Source: an uncultured Poribacteria bacterium (lineage in GTDB: Bacteria; Poribacteria; WGA-4E; WGA-3G). From it: a DNA stretch of 64,000 bases. Position 1 is the first letter of the stretch, and every line of letters starts with the position of its first letter. Below are positions 20,848 through 30,564 of this stretch, in pieces. The notes under the pieces are model-generated. The model made no database searches, had not been told where the DNA came from, and saw only the letters and a program-made list of their open reading frames with translations. The stretch covers positions 3,296,001 to 3,360,000 of the forward strand of contig OX638351.1 in NCBI GenBank assembly GCA_951813565.1. The letters run 5' to 3'. The position numbers were made by a program, and so were the translations under genes.

Positions 20848-22254
20848 TTAATAGGGTGTATCTCGTGTTGTAAGTGCACACCACCTTGTAGAAAGCAGAT
20901 GATTGAATAGCACTTCTCGTGCTTCTGGCGTATCAATATGCTTTAACGCTAATGCAGCATGAAAACGCACGTATCGGTTCTCATCTTCCAGTTGAGCGAT
21001 TAAGTTTGGCAGTGCTGGTTCAGAGAGCGGTCCCAGTTTTGCTAAGCTACGAGCAGCGTTATAGCGCACCCAATATTGCTCATCGGTTAGCCCTTCTGTC
21101 AATACCTGTACTGTCTGTGCTAAATCGGTGTCCGCAACTGTTTGTTGTCCAATGATGCCTAAACCTTCAATTGCATGTCGGCGAACTAATGGAGATTCAT
21201 CTTTTGCAGCGTGTGCTAATACAGGAATTGCTTCAGCTGCTGCTTTTCCGATATCTGCTAACGCATAGGCTGCAGTTGCACGTACCGAATCATCTGTCCC
21301 CTGCAGTGCGTCAATGAGTTTAGGAACAGCAGGTGTGCCTGTAAGGCTTAATGCGTATCCTGCATAGTTGCGGATTGAGTCAGAAGTCCCATGTAATGCC
21401 CGATTCAAAGTGGGTACTGCCGCTTCGCCAACTCTCCCCAAGCGATATGCAGCATTCAACCGAATCTTCTCATCCTCATGCTGCAAAGTTTCAACCAAAT
21501 TTTTCACTTCGGAAGATGAAACACCGTTAGTCATCCCGTTCTCTTTCCCGTAATACCAATCCCACTGCGATTCCCACAATTCAGGATGGTCGGATCCTGC
21601 ACCGTTGTCAACGGTATGCCAATCTGCAGTATCACTTTGCCAAGAAGGTGTGCTCGGTTCATGAAGTCGTGAGAAAAGAAACTTTAACATATACCGTTTC
21701 TTATCGCTCCGATTCGGCGTGGCACGGTGCCACAGGTCATAGTGGACGATAGTTACGGTACCTGCTTCTCCGCAGAGAGAAATATCTGGCTGTTCGTGTG
21801 CGCTTTCACTGGTGTCATAATATTGCGATCCGGGCAGCACAGCAGTTGGTCCTCTGTCCTCAGGTACATCTTGTGGATAATAGAACGCCATCGTCCAACG
21901 GCATTTGTGCCTCCGGATCTGTTCGTCTCCTTCATAAGTATCCTTATGAAAACCTTGTCCACCACTTCCTTCTGGATTGTAATGGCAGTATCGGTGTGGG
22001 TGCATCATATAGTTTTCGCCAAGCACCCCCTGCATAGCACCATCTACCACTGGATGGTCAAACACTTGTTGAATTTCAGGTATCAGAGGGAGAACATTGT
22101 TTCCCAAGTTACCTGTGTGTTCAAACATAGCATCCAGATGTTGAAAAATGTCTTCATGAAAACTTGGAGGAAAATCGGTTTTGATCGTAATATATCCGTT
22201 GATGATGAAATCCCGCATCTGTTCATCGGTAAGTTGTACCGCCTGATTCTTCAT
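20848..22254 (-). CDS. PhyH-family dioxygenase fused to HEAT repeats
   Basis: FHKD, GPTAVLPGS, LWHRA motifs, then repeated VR..AA.AL helical repeats. Confidence 0.88.
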   Translation of the reverse strand: MKNQAVQLTDEQMRDFIINGYITIKTDFPPSFHEDIFQHLDAMFEHTGNLGNNVLPLIPEIQQVFDHPVVDGAMQGVLGENYMMHPHRYCHYNPEGSGGQGFHKDTYEGDEQIRRHKCRWTMAFYYPQDVPEDRGPTAVLPGSQYYDTSESAHEQPDISLCGEAGTVTIVHYDLWHRATPNRSDKKRYMLKFLFSRLHEPSTPSWQSDTADWHTVDNGAGSDHPELWESQWDWYYGKENGMTNGVSSSEVKNLVETLQHEDEKIRLNAAYRLGRVGEAAVPTLNRALHGTSDSIRNYAGYALSLTGTPAVPKLIDALQGTDDSVRATAAYALADIGKAAAEAIPVLAHAAKDESPLVRRHAIEGLGIIGQQTVADTDLAQTVQVLTEGLTDEQYWVRYNAARSLAKLGPLSEPALPNLIAQLEDENRYVRFHAALALKHIDTPEAREVLFNHLLSTRWCALTTRDTPY

Positions 22255-22470
22255 ATTGTCTCTCCTCTACGGTTTTTAATCATTTCTCTGTATTTGAAGC
22301 ATTGAATTGCAGATTACCTGATACATAAACATCATTGTCGTTTTGGGCGCTGTTTTAAGTATATTACAATGTAGTGTTGATGTCAAGAAATGGATATAGT
22401 GATTATCAAAGAGGTGTGTAAAAATTTTGTAAATTTTTGAATCTCGGATTACACGAATAAATTAAAATAA

Positions 22471-22621
22471 CCCAAGTTGCCACCTATTTCGCAAATGCTC
22501 TTGTAGGAGGGGTTTCTAACCCCGATTTAGAACAAAAAACATAAGAATCAGCGAAAAAGCCTTGTTTTTTCAGTAAAAAGCAGTATTTGCTAACTTGAAA
22601 TCTTGTCCGTAGCAACTTAGG
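22471..22621 (+). mobile_element. MITE family A, copy 2
   Basis: Ends CCCAAGTTGC / GCAACTTAGG; 9-bp duplication TTAAAATAA (22462-22470, 22622-22630). Confidence 0.85.
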
Positions 22622-23332
22622 TTAAAATAAGAAACCGATCGCAAGAACAAAAAGCACCTCTATCAAGTAAAAAATGATAAGCGTGACCGAAAAAATAGCA
22701 GATATCCAACTACATTTTGGTTTGTCTTTGTACTTGCCGAGATCCATATTGAAATCGGTGTCAGTTTGTTCTCTTATATCATCATAGACATGTCGGAACA
22801 ACCGTTCCTGCCAAAGAAAGTAACCATCTAAAATCCCACAATAGGAAGGAAAAGGACTAAAACATAATATGAATTTTGCATATCCTCCTTGGCGATTAAT
22901 ACCATTGCTGCAACGAGAATTACCATACTCCAACTTTTTAACAAGGAACTGTTCCGTGCCAAACGGTTAATTGAGGGGTGTGCATAAATATTTGGCGCAT
23001 CAACACAGACACGGACAGACGCCAGGTGCCGCTTGATTTATAGAAATGCGTTTGTAGTCGCGCAATTCATTGCAGTCGCGCAATTCATTGCCAAATCAAC
23101 GCAGCATGCGCCAAATCAACGGTCCGAATGCCTTATGGCATTCCCCGTGTGGCATGCTGCGCCTCTTTGAACTTGTGGACGGAAACCCACGGCGTGTGCG
23201 GACTACCTTTAAGCGCATATTTAACATCGGAATTATTTATGCACACCCCTCACGGTTAATTACAATTTGGGTCATTTTCAGATGCTTTACGACCTTTTCA
23301 ATACCGTTCATGGATTTATCATCCTTCACCAT
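22622..23332 (-). pseudogene. Multi-TM membrane protein gene broken by a MITE and a frameshift
   Basis: Removing 22973-23251 and one copy of the duplication gives ...KHLKMTQIVINRLARNSSLLKSWSMV...LPIVGF; a shift near 22830 joins ILDGYFLWQERLFRHVYD. Confidence 0.7.
22973..23251 (+). mobile_element. MITE family B, copy 1
   Basis: TIR GAGGGGTGTGCATAAATA / TATTTATGCACACCCCTC; ACGGTTAATT duplicated on both sides. Confidence 0.88.
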
Positions 23333-23674
23333 GTTTTGCAATCTGATTGTCCGTATGTTAAACTGTACAATTAATAGGTGAATTTGTCAATATCATTTTA
23401 GGGCGTTGGAACGTTCGCATGGGTTTGTATGCTCAGGATCTGTTATCGACAATAGTGATTTCTTTTCTCTGAATCTCGGATTATTACGGATTACACTGAT
23501 TGCGCGGATTGAAAATTTGTAATATCAGGTAATCCTCTAAGGGAATAGTTTTGTGTTTTATTGCTTTTCTTGCGGTGTTAGCATTGCAGCGATGTCTTCT
23601 GGTAGTTTTATATTGTATTCTGTTCAAAATGATGACAAATTACGTAGATCCCAAGTTATTAGAGTTTAAGCCAA

Positions 23675-24007
23675 TTACCGCAGGATAAATAATCCTGCAT
23701 GTGTATCTCTTGCAAATTCTTTAATAACCGCAAAATGCTTTCTCAAATTGTATTCGACAGCACTTGTAGAACAATTCCCTATCCTGATCCAAATCACTTT
23801 TGGAGGATAGCCGTGAATAACGCTCCTGTTCCTGAAGTCTGTGTCCTTTGAAACGATGAAATAATTGTTATCACGAGCGTAATCCCATAACTCGGTATCT
23901 GTTGCTGTATCTAATCCTATAGTTTTGACATGAATAGAATTAGGAAACAGATCTGCCAGCAGCACCATCAGTTGGTCGGATAGGTTCTGATCGAATAGAA
24001 GTTTCAT
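23675..24007 (-). CDS. DUF5615 PIN-like toxin
   Basis: MKLLFDQNLS, D.ELWDYA, IVSKDTDF, PPKVIWIRIGN. Confidence 0.85.
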   Translation of the reverse strand: MKLLFDQNLSDQLMVLLADLFPNSIHVKTIGLDTATDTELWDYARDNNYFIVSKDTDFRNRSVIHGYPPKVIWIRIGNCSTSAVEYNLRKHFAVIKEFARDTHAGLFILR

Positions 24008-24233
24008 CTGTGTAAACGACCACCTGCGATTTTTCCTTGTCCGCAGCATAAGCGAAACAAGCACGAATGTCTGTTTCCGTTAACTCCGGAAAATCGTGGA
24101 GAACTTCTGCTACTGTCATACCTGATGCGAGGTATTCAAAAATATCGTAAACGGTAAGCCGCATTCCCCGAATACATGGCTGCCCGCTGCGTTTACCCGG
24201 TTCAATGGTAATAATGTCTCTATAGTTGTTCAT
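23940..24233 (-). CDS. DUF433 antitoxin
   Basis: PGKRSGQPCIRGMRLTV...DFPELT..DIRAC. Confidence 0.88.
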   Translation of the reverse strand: MNNYRDIITIEPGKRSGQPCIRGMRLTVYDIFEYLASGMTVAEVLHDFPELTETDIRACFAYAADKEKSQVVVYTDETSIRSEPIRPTDGAAGRSVS

Positions 24234-24433
24234 GATATCCACCTCTTCCTATAAACAGTTGAAAAAAGTATATCACAACTTGCGCCAGTTATCAATGGAT
24301 TTAAATGGAAGTTTCTTAATTGGTGGGATTAGGGATTCGTTGTTATTATTGTCTGAATCGCGGATTACACAGATTTCGCGGATTGAAATCTGTAAGATCA
24401 AGTAATCCAAGAAGGGTCGTATTGGTTTTACTG

Positions 24434-24865
24434 TTATGCTTGTGGGGGAGTTAGCATTGCGGCGATGTCTGGCGGTAATTTTACATTATAATCCTGCCAT
24501 CTTTGTCATGAGAACCGTCACAGGCGAAGAAAAGAGTTCTTAGGTAGTCATTAGCAAAGTCGATAAGGTTGGTTTTACCGCCGTAGTGCCGGAGTTGGGT
24601 TAGGATTTCAAAAAATCGCTATTAGCGTCCATTTCATTAGTAAACTCTCTCGCCTCTTTCAGCATTTGGATTTGGATAGCCTCTATATCAAAAAGCTCCG
24701 CTTCAATACAATATTCACGCCAAAGATTTGATGAAACTTTTCCATGAAATGGATCCGCTTTAAAATGTTGGGGTTCCCGGCGATAGATGAACACTCCATC
24801 AGATGATTTTCCCTCTATCTCGTTGATTTTTCCTTAATCCGACTTATGTCGTTTTCTGTGCTCAT
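24434..24865 (-). pseudogene. FRG-domain protein pseudogene with large internal deletion
   Basis: FIYR start and TQLRHYGGKTNLIDF...LFFACDG in shifted frames, joined to the C-terminal DYNVKLPPDIAAMLTPPQA. Confidence 0.65.
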
Positions 24866-25267
24866 AATTTATACTCCAGAGTTTGAATGGTGGATATAGA
24901 TGACTTGACTCAAAAATCCGCGTGATTTGCGCAATCCGAGATTCAGACACACTCCTCCATAACACAATTCTATTGGTGTTAAGTCGTATAACGATTATAA
25001 CAGAGAATCAGTTCATACACAATGGAAACGTTGGATTGAGGTTGTGCGTTGGGCAAGGTCTTAGTTTATTTACATATCCATTTCTATTCACAAAAAAGTT
25101 GACATCTAATTACATATCCTATACAATTCCGTTCAGAAACCATCTCATAATATGGACTATCGCGCTGGGAAACCGTGCCTACAGACATTTATGAGACATG
25201 TTTTATAAAAATAAGCTAAAGATGAATACCATCTACAAACATAAAAGAATTGCCTAAGGAGGCGGAC

Positions 25268-26437
25268 ATGGCAGAACGAATAAAAATGGGTTTAGTCGGA
25301 TGTGGCGGTATGTCTGGTGCCCACATGGGTGGATATCGCGAGTTGTGGTCAAAAGAGGTCCGAGAATTCGATATTGTCGCTGCGTGTGATATTGACAAGG
25401 GTAGGGCAGAGAATCGAGCGAATGAGGCACACGAGTTCCAAGGCGGCACAAAACCTGCTGTTTATACCGAACTTGACGAGATGCTTGATAAGCACCCGGA
25501 TTTAGAGTGCGTTGACATCTGCGCGTTGCATAGTGCACACCACGTACTTGCCGTGCCAGCATTGGAAGCAGGCAAACATGTTATCATTGAAAAACCCTTT
25601 GGTATCACGATGCGCGCATGCAAACTGATGATGGAAGCAGCAGATCGCAACGATAAAATCATTTCTGTCGCAGAAAACTATCGGTTGAGTCGTATGGAAC
25701 GTACGCGTAGCTGGGTAATTGCGCAGGGACGCGTCGGTGAGCCCCGGATGTTCTTCTGGATTGATGTCGGCGAGGCATTAGGCAAATGGGGTTGGCGCAA
25801 CTTCAAGATGGATGCTGGCGGCGGATGGGCATTAGATGGTGGCGTGCATTTCACCGATCTGATGCGCTATATTCTCGGGCTGGAGGCTGAAGAAGTTTAC
25901 GCTATCAACAAAGCTTATGAACCTTACCGTTACGATAATGCAGGCGCACGTGAAGGCGGTTATTCAGTTGATGTAGAAGACGCAATGATTGCGACAATTA
26001 AGTTTGAACAAGGCGTTACCGCGCAGTGGACTTGGGTCGGTTCTGCTCCTGCCCACGGTTTCGGTCAGAAAGTCATCTATGGTAGTGAAGGCGCTCTCGA
26101 TTGGGGTAGAGGTTTGGTGCCACGCGGTGGTGAGGCAATTTCTAATGATGATTTACAGAAGGAATTCACTGATAGCCTTAGCGATGATGAGAAGGAATAC
26201 TACTTCCCCGCCGGAATCGGTAATACAGTTGCGATTGAACTGAAATACTTTGCAGATGCTATTCGTAGTGGTGGTAAACCGGAAGTAGATGCAGTGGAAG
26301 GAATGAAGTCTGAAGCGATCTGCATGGCAGCTTATGAATCTGGATATTGGGGTCGCCCAGTGACAATTGCCGAAATTGAAAACTGTGAACTGGAAGGCTA
26401 CCAGAAGGAAATTAACGACCACTTGGGAATAAAATAG
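25268..26437 (+). CDS. Gfo/Idh/MocA oxidoreductase
   Basis: GLVGCGG, GKHVIIEKP, LDGGVHFTD; GGAGG RBS. Confidence 0.92.
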   Translation: MAERIKMGLVGCGGMSGAHMGGYRELWSKEVREFDIVAACDIDKGRAENRANEAHEFQGGTKPAVYTELDEMLDKHPDLECVDICALHSAHHVLAVPALEAGKHVIIEKPFGITMRACKLMMEAADRNDKIISVAENYRLSRMERTRSWVIAQGRVGEPRMFFWIDVGEALGKWGWRNFKMDAGGGWALDGGVHFTDLMRYILGLEAEEVYAINKAYEPYRYDNAGAREGGYSVDVEDAMIATIKFEQGVTAQWTWVGSAPAHGFGQKVIYGSEGALDWGRGLVPRGGEAISNDDLQKEFTDSLSDDEKEYYFPAGIGNTVAIELKYFADAIRSGGKPEVDAVEGMKSEAICMAAYESGYWGRPVTIAEIENCELEGYQKEINDHLGIK

Positions 26438-26613
26438 TAAAACACCGACCTTTTTCCGATGCCACGTATTTCTAAGTGATTATATTGCATATAGGTAGGC
26501 GCGCTTTCCAAGCGCGCCTTGTCATTGTTTAATCTTTGGCTCCCTACTTAAACCTTAACTTGCAATCATGGATTTCAGAGACATCTTTTATAACGTATCC
26601 CGAGGGAATTTGA

Positions 26614-27315
26614 GTGAAAACAGTCATATCACAATTGTGTTTTATTGGGTTACTCGCTACTTTTTTTGTGCAACCTACATCAGAGAATGCGCACGCGTTT
26701 GGTCGTGAAGACAGAAATCTAATTTACGAACGCCGTGATATTCTGCGTCGATCTAAAAATCTACGTGGTAGACGTCAAGGCTTTATTTTTGGTATCGGAA
26801 CTGGTGTTGGCCTCACTAATTTTGAAGCACCGCTTGCGCAGTATTGGGGAAGCGCGTACGAAGGGAATTGGCCAGATCCACGTGGCACGACGTCTGCCTT
26901 TGCCACAGAGCTTAAGGTCGGACACGGATTTACAGATCAATTCCTTCTCTATTACACCAGTCGTATCGCATGGTTTCCGCTATCAAACCTCTATCGGGAC
27001 ACTATGGTTGCGAATGGGACTGCTGGCGTGGGAATGATGCTTTACCCACGCCGCAGTTCCGATCTTTATCTTGTCGGTTCTGCCGGTCTTGCAGTTCTTG
27101 TAACTTACCAACCTCCTTTCAAATTGGAAAAGGCACGACAAACTGGACTTGCCGTATCTGGTGGAGTCGGCTACGAGTTTTTTCGTCACCTAACCGTTGA
27201 CTGTACCGTGAATTTTGGAAACGCTAATTCGTCACAACTTGATGCGGCTAATGAGATAACACTTACAAATGAGATTGTCACTTTTTTAGTGAATGTTAAC
27301 CTCATTTTCTACTAA
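26614..27315 (+). CDS. Outer-membrane beta-barrel protein
   Basis: Signal peptide, alternating amphipathic strands, terminal aromatic residue (NLIFY). Confidence 0.7.
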   Translation: MKTVISQLCFIGLLATFFVQPTSENAHAFGREDRNLIYERRDILRRSKNLRGRRQGFIFGIGTGVGLTNFEAPLAQYWGSAYEGNWPDPRGTTSAFATELKVGHGFTDQFLLYYTSRIAWFPLSNLYRDTMVANGTAGVGMMLYPRRSSDLYLVGSAGLAVLVTYQPPFKLEKARQTGLAVSGGVGYEFFRHLTVDCTVNFGNANSSQLDAANEITLTNEIVTFLVNVNLIFY

Positions 27316-27335
27316 GTGCATTCAATGAGAAACCT

Positions 27336-27977
27336 ATGCCATCAAAAAGAATTGCAAAATCTGCTACAACCTTCCTGCTACTCATAGTTGTGTTTGCATT
27401 CCTCCTGAGTTGCGGGAATAATGAGGAATCTACGGAACGAATCCGATTTACCGAATTTGTGCTTTTCCCGACAGCACCTTACGTTGATAAGTCATACATT
27501 GAAATAGTCCCAGAAGACGAAGTTGCGTCCTTGGAAATTGATTATGAGGCGGAAATAGCAGCAATTCAGGAGGTATATAGTGCTTTCATAAAAGCCTATC
27601 TGGAAAAGGATATGGTAGCACTCATCAAAACATTTGACACAGCAGAAGGAATGGAATACGGCACATCCACCGTGAATGTTTATGGATGGAACAATATTAA
27701 AAATTATATTGAAGCTAACTGGCATGGGCCGTGGGGTGGAGAATGTACGAGTGATCCAAATTGGGAACTGACAGATTTCTATATTCGCCCTAAAAATACG
27801 CAAGCTGCCTGGACAGAAGCAAGTGCAAAGGGACCTATGTTCTACTACGTACCCAATTTGCCTGAGTGCTATAACGACATAGGACAATTTTACCTGACCA
27901 AAAAGTCTGGCAAATGGCGCATTCATCAGATTGATGGAGCAAAATCCTTTACAGACTCAAAATACAAAGCACCTTGA
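27336..27977 (+). CDS. Lipoprotein with NTF2/SnoaL-like domain
   Basis: Lipobox LLSC; AIQEVYSAF..AY...D and GKWRIHQ ends. Confidence 0.7.
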   Translation: MPSKRIAKSATTFLLLIVVFAFLLSCGNNEESTERIRFTEFVLFPTAPYVDKSYIEIVPEDEVASLEIDYEAEIAAIQEVYSAFIKAYLEKDMVALIKTFDTAEGMEYGTSTVNVYGWNNIKNYIEANWHGPWGGECTSDPNWELTDFYIRPKNTQAAWTEASAKGPMFYYVPNLPECYNDIGQFYLTKKSGKWRIHQIDGAKSFTDSKYKAP

Positions 27978-28045
27978 CATTGAACTAATCCAAACAAACC
28001 GTATCATAAAATTTCTTGTACACCTATCACAAATATGAGGAAAAT

Positions 28046-29398
28046 ATGCCAAAACCTACAGATATTCGCATCCTTGACGTTCAATATGATTTTGAAGAAC
28101 ACCAATACCGAACTCCGCTTAAATTCGGTGGCGTGCCAACAGATCACTGTGTCCTTTTTAACGTCCGTTTGCAAGTGCAAACACGTGATGGTAAAGAGGC
28201 AGAAGGAAGAGGCTCTATGCCGCTCGGTAATGTTTGGGCATTTCCACCGCGTTATGTGCCTTTTGACCAAAGTCTCGCTGCCATGAAAAATCTCGCTGAA
28301 TTGGCAATTGATGCAACAAGAGATTGCACACGCTGTGCACATCCGCTTGAGCTCTCTGAAGTGCTGGAACCAGAATTTCTACAAATCGCAGATGAATTGC
28401 CGCAGACGATACAGCTTACAGCACCGATACCGAAACTTTGTACTGTTGTCACGACAAGTCCGATAGACGCTGCAATTCATGACGGGTTTGGAAAGGCAAA
28501 CGGTATCAATAGTTATAATGGTTTGGACGAAGATTTCATTGAATCGGATCTGTCGCATTTCTTGGATGGTGAATTCGCAGGAAAATACCTTGATCGGTAT
28601 ACAACACGCCATCCGAAGCCGGATATGCCGCTCTATCATTTGATTGGCGCGCTTGACCCGCTTACGGAAGCGGATATTACAGAACGTCTCAACGACGGAT
28701 TACCAGAAACGTTACCTGAATGGATTGTCGCCGATGGGTTAACACACCTAAAGATAAAACTGAATGGCGACGACTTGGAGTGGGACGTGGCGCGTGTTCT
28801 TGCAATTGACAAAATCACCGCTGAAACACAGGCTAAACGAGGCGTTAACACTTGGCACTATTCCGCTGATTTTAACGAGACATGTCAAGATGTGGAATAT
28901 CTGTTGGAATTTCTTAATCGGATTCAGGAAAAGGAAGCACAAGCATTTGAACGTCTTGCTTACATTGAGCAACCGACCAATCGTGACTTAGAAGCGCATC
29001 CAGAAAATAAGATGCACAAAGCTGCCGAGATAAAACCGGTAGTGATCGACGAATCACTCACTGACTTTGAAACCTTACTATTGGCACGCGATCAGGGATA
29101 TTCAGGTGTTGCGCTAAAAGCGTGTAAGGGACAGTCGCAGGCGTTGCTTATGGGTGCCGCTGCGCAAGAGTATGACATGTTTCTTGCTGTTCAAGATTTA
29201 ACGTGTCCGGGGGCATCGTTTTTACATTCTGCTGGACTCGCTGCGCGCATACGGGGGGTGACTGCTATTGAGGGGAATGCACGTCAATTTTGCCCCAGTG
29301 CGAATGATGGCTGGCGAGACGAATTTCCATCAATTTTCAACATTGCTGATGGTACTGTGGGGACACAAGTGCTAATGGGTCCCGGTCTTGGACATTGA
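28046..29398 (+). CDS. Mandelate racemase/enolase superfamily protein
   Basis: HLKIKL, DFNE, YIEQP, VVIDES, GPGLG. Confidence 0.85.
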   Translation: MPKPTDIRILDVQYDFEEHQYRTPLKFGGVPTDHCVLFNVRLQVQTRDGKEAEGRGSMPLGNVWAFPPRYVPFDQSLAAMKNLAELAIDATRDCTRCAHPLELSEVLEPEFLQIADELPQTIQLTAPIPKLCTVVTTSPIDAAIHDGFGKANGINSYNGLDEDFIESDLSHFLDGEFAGKYLDRYTTRHPKPDMPLYHLIGALDPLTEADITERLNDGLPETLPEWIVADGLTHLKIKLNGDDLEWDVARVLAIDKITAETQAKRGVNTWHYSADFNETCQDVEYLLEFLNRIQEKEAQAFERLAYIEQPTNRDLEAHPENKMHKAAEIKPVVIDESLTDFETLLLARDQGYSGVALKACKGQSQALLMGAAAQEYDMFLAVQDLTCPGASFLHSAGLAARIRGVTAIEGNARQFCPSANDGWRDEFPSIFNIADGTVGTQVLMGPGLGH

Positions 29399-29425
29399 AC
29401 TGTCCATCATGGTCGTAAAACATAA

Positions 29426-30418
29426 TTATTTTCTTTGTTTTATTTCTCCCCAAACCGTCGTGAGTAATCCTTCAGGTTCAAGAGCGTACCGCCTGGTTGC
29501 CCATTCAAACGCCGACAAACCTCCGTTGGAATACGTTTCCAATACTCGCTCAGTCACCCCACTTTCAATATGCACTGCAAAATTAACATAGCTAAATATG
29601 GGAATACGATCAATGTAGGATGAGTAAACAAGGTACTTGCCATCAGCTGACCAGGTGAGGTACTCAATGTAAGCATCTTCTTCAGGTTCTATGTACCGCA
29701 AGTTGTGAGGTCCCACAACGGAGACAATGCCAAGTTTATAGGGTTTAGTTTTAGTCAGAAAAGCTAATTGTTTTGAATTGGGTGAGAAAACAGGAAATTC
29801 ACCGTCTTTGATAATATGTGAAGTCTTTTTCAGAAAAGTATCAAAGAGAAAAACACCGAAGTCTGTGCTGTAGGCGATTTGTTTTCCATTAGGTGCCCAG
29901 TCCACCTGATATGGATTTTCTTTCAATAACAGTTCTGCGATCGGTTTCTTTCTCTCTATCTCCTGATTTGAAATGAGGTAGAGCCCGCGTTCCAGAGGCT
30001 GCTTAATAATAATGAACGAATGGTTCGTGAATATCACATCTCCGTCCGGTGAGACGTCGGCATCAATGATTTCATTATATTCTCCTTGTGTCAGTTTTTT
30101 CGGCGCTGCATTCGGATTCTCTCTATCAAGTAAGTAAACATCATCGAAAGAGTCAAACTCATCTTTGCCTTTTATCCTAACAACAGCTACGATATAGCGG
30201 CCATCTTTTTGTATAGAGAACTTCGTAATATCATGCGGCAATCTGAAAAGCGGTTGTGCGCTGCGTCCATCATTTACGTTGCCAATCCATAATTCTCGGT
30301 AGTCCTTTGGGTATCTAAAGATGATCTCGCCAGTGGGAGCGGCGTGCGTTGCCACTGGCAAGAGAAGAACAAGACTTAAACAGATCGTTTTGAGTGTCTT
30401 TTTAAAACTGGATTTCAT
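29426..30418 (-). CDS. Secreted TolB-like (PD40) beta-propeller
   Basis: RBS plus MKSSFKK signal peptide; WAPNGKQIAY, FSPNSKQLAF, WSADGKYLVY; C-terminal LLTTVWGEIK. Confidence 0.82.
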   Translation of the reverse strand: MKSSFKKTLKTICLSLVLLLPVATHAAPTGEIIFRYPKDYRELWIGNVNDGRSAQPLFRLPHDITKFSIQKDGRYIVAVVRIKGKDEFDSFDDVYLLDRENPNAAPKKLTQGEYNEIIDADVSPDGDVIFTNHSFIIIKQPLERGLYLISNQEIERKKPIAELLLKENPYQVDWAPNGKQIAYSTDFGVFLFDTFLKKTSHIIKDGEFPVFSPNSKQLAFLTKTKPYKLGIVSVVGPHNLRYIEPEEDAYIEYLTWSADGKYLVYSSYIDRIPIFSYVNFAVHIESGVTERVLETYSNGGLSAFEWATRRYALEPEGLLTTVWGEIKQRK

Positions 30419-30564
30419 GATTACTCCTCCTGGAGAGGTGTAAACTGTCTCATTTCCATCGGGAATTCCTAAATCAATGATTTCGCCATCTGGTCGGTGC
30501 GATGGCATCCAAAAACTAAAAAATCAGAGAGAAATTTGAAGAATACGCGAAAACGTCATAATGT

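Noticed and set aside
23070..23381. ORFs 23070-23381, 49830-50036, 63274-63456, 11-223 and 51859-52190
   Set aside because: They lie within MITE/REP repeats; their mutual similarity reflects the repeat rather than a protein family
23470..24496. Direct repeats as integron attC sites
   Set aside because: No convincing RYYYAAC...GTTRRRY palindromic architecture and no integrase; the repeats encode protein C-termini
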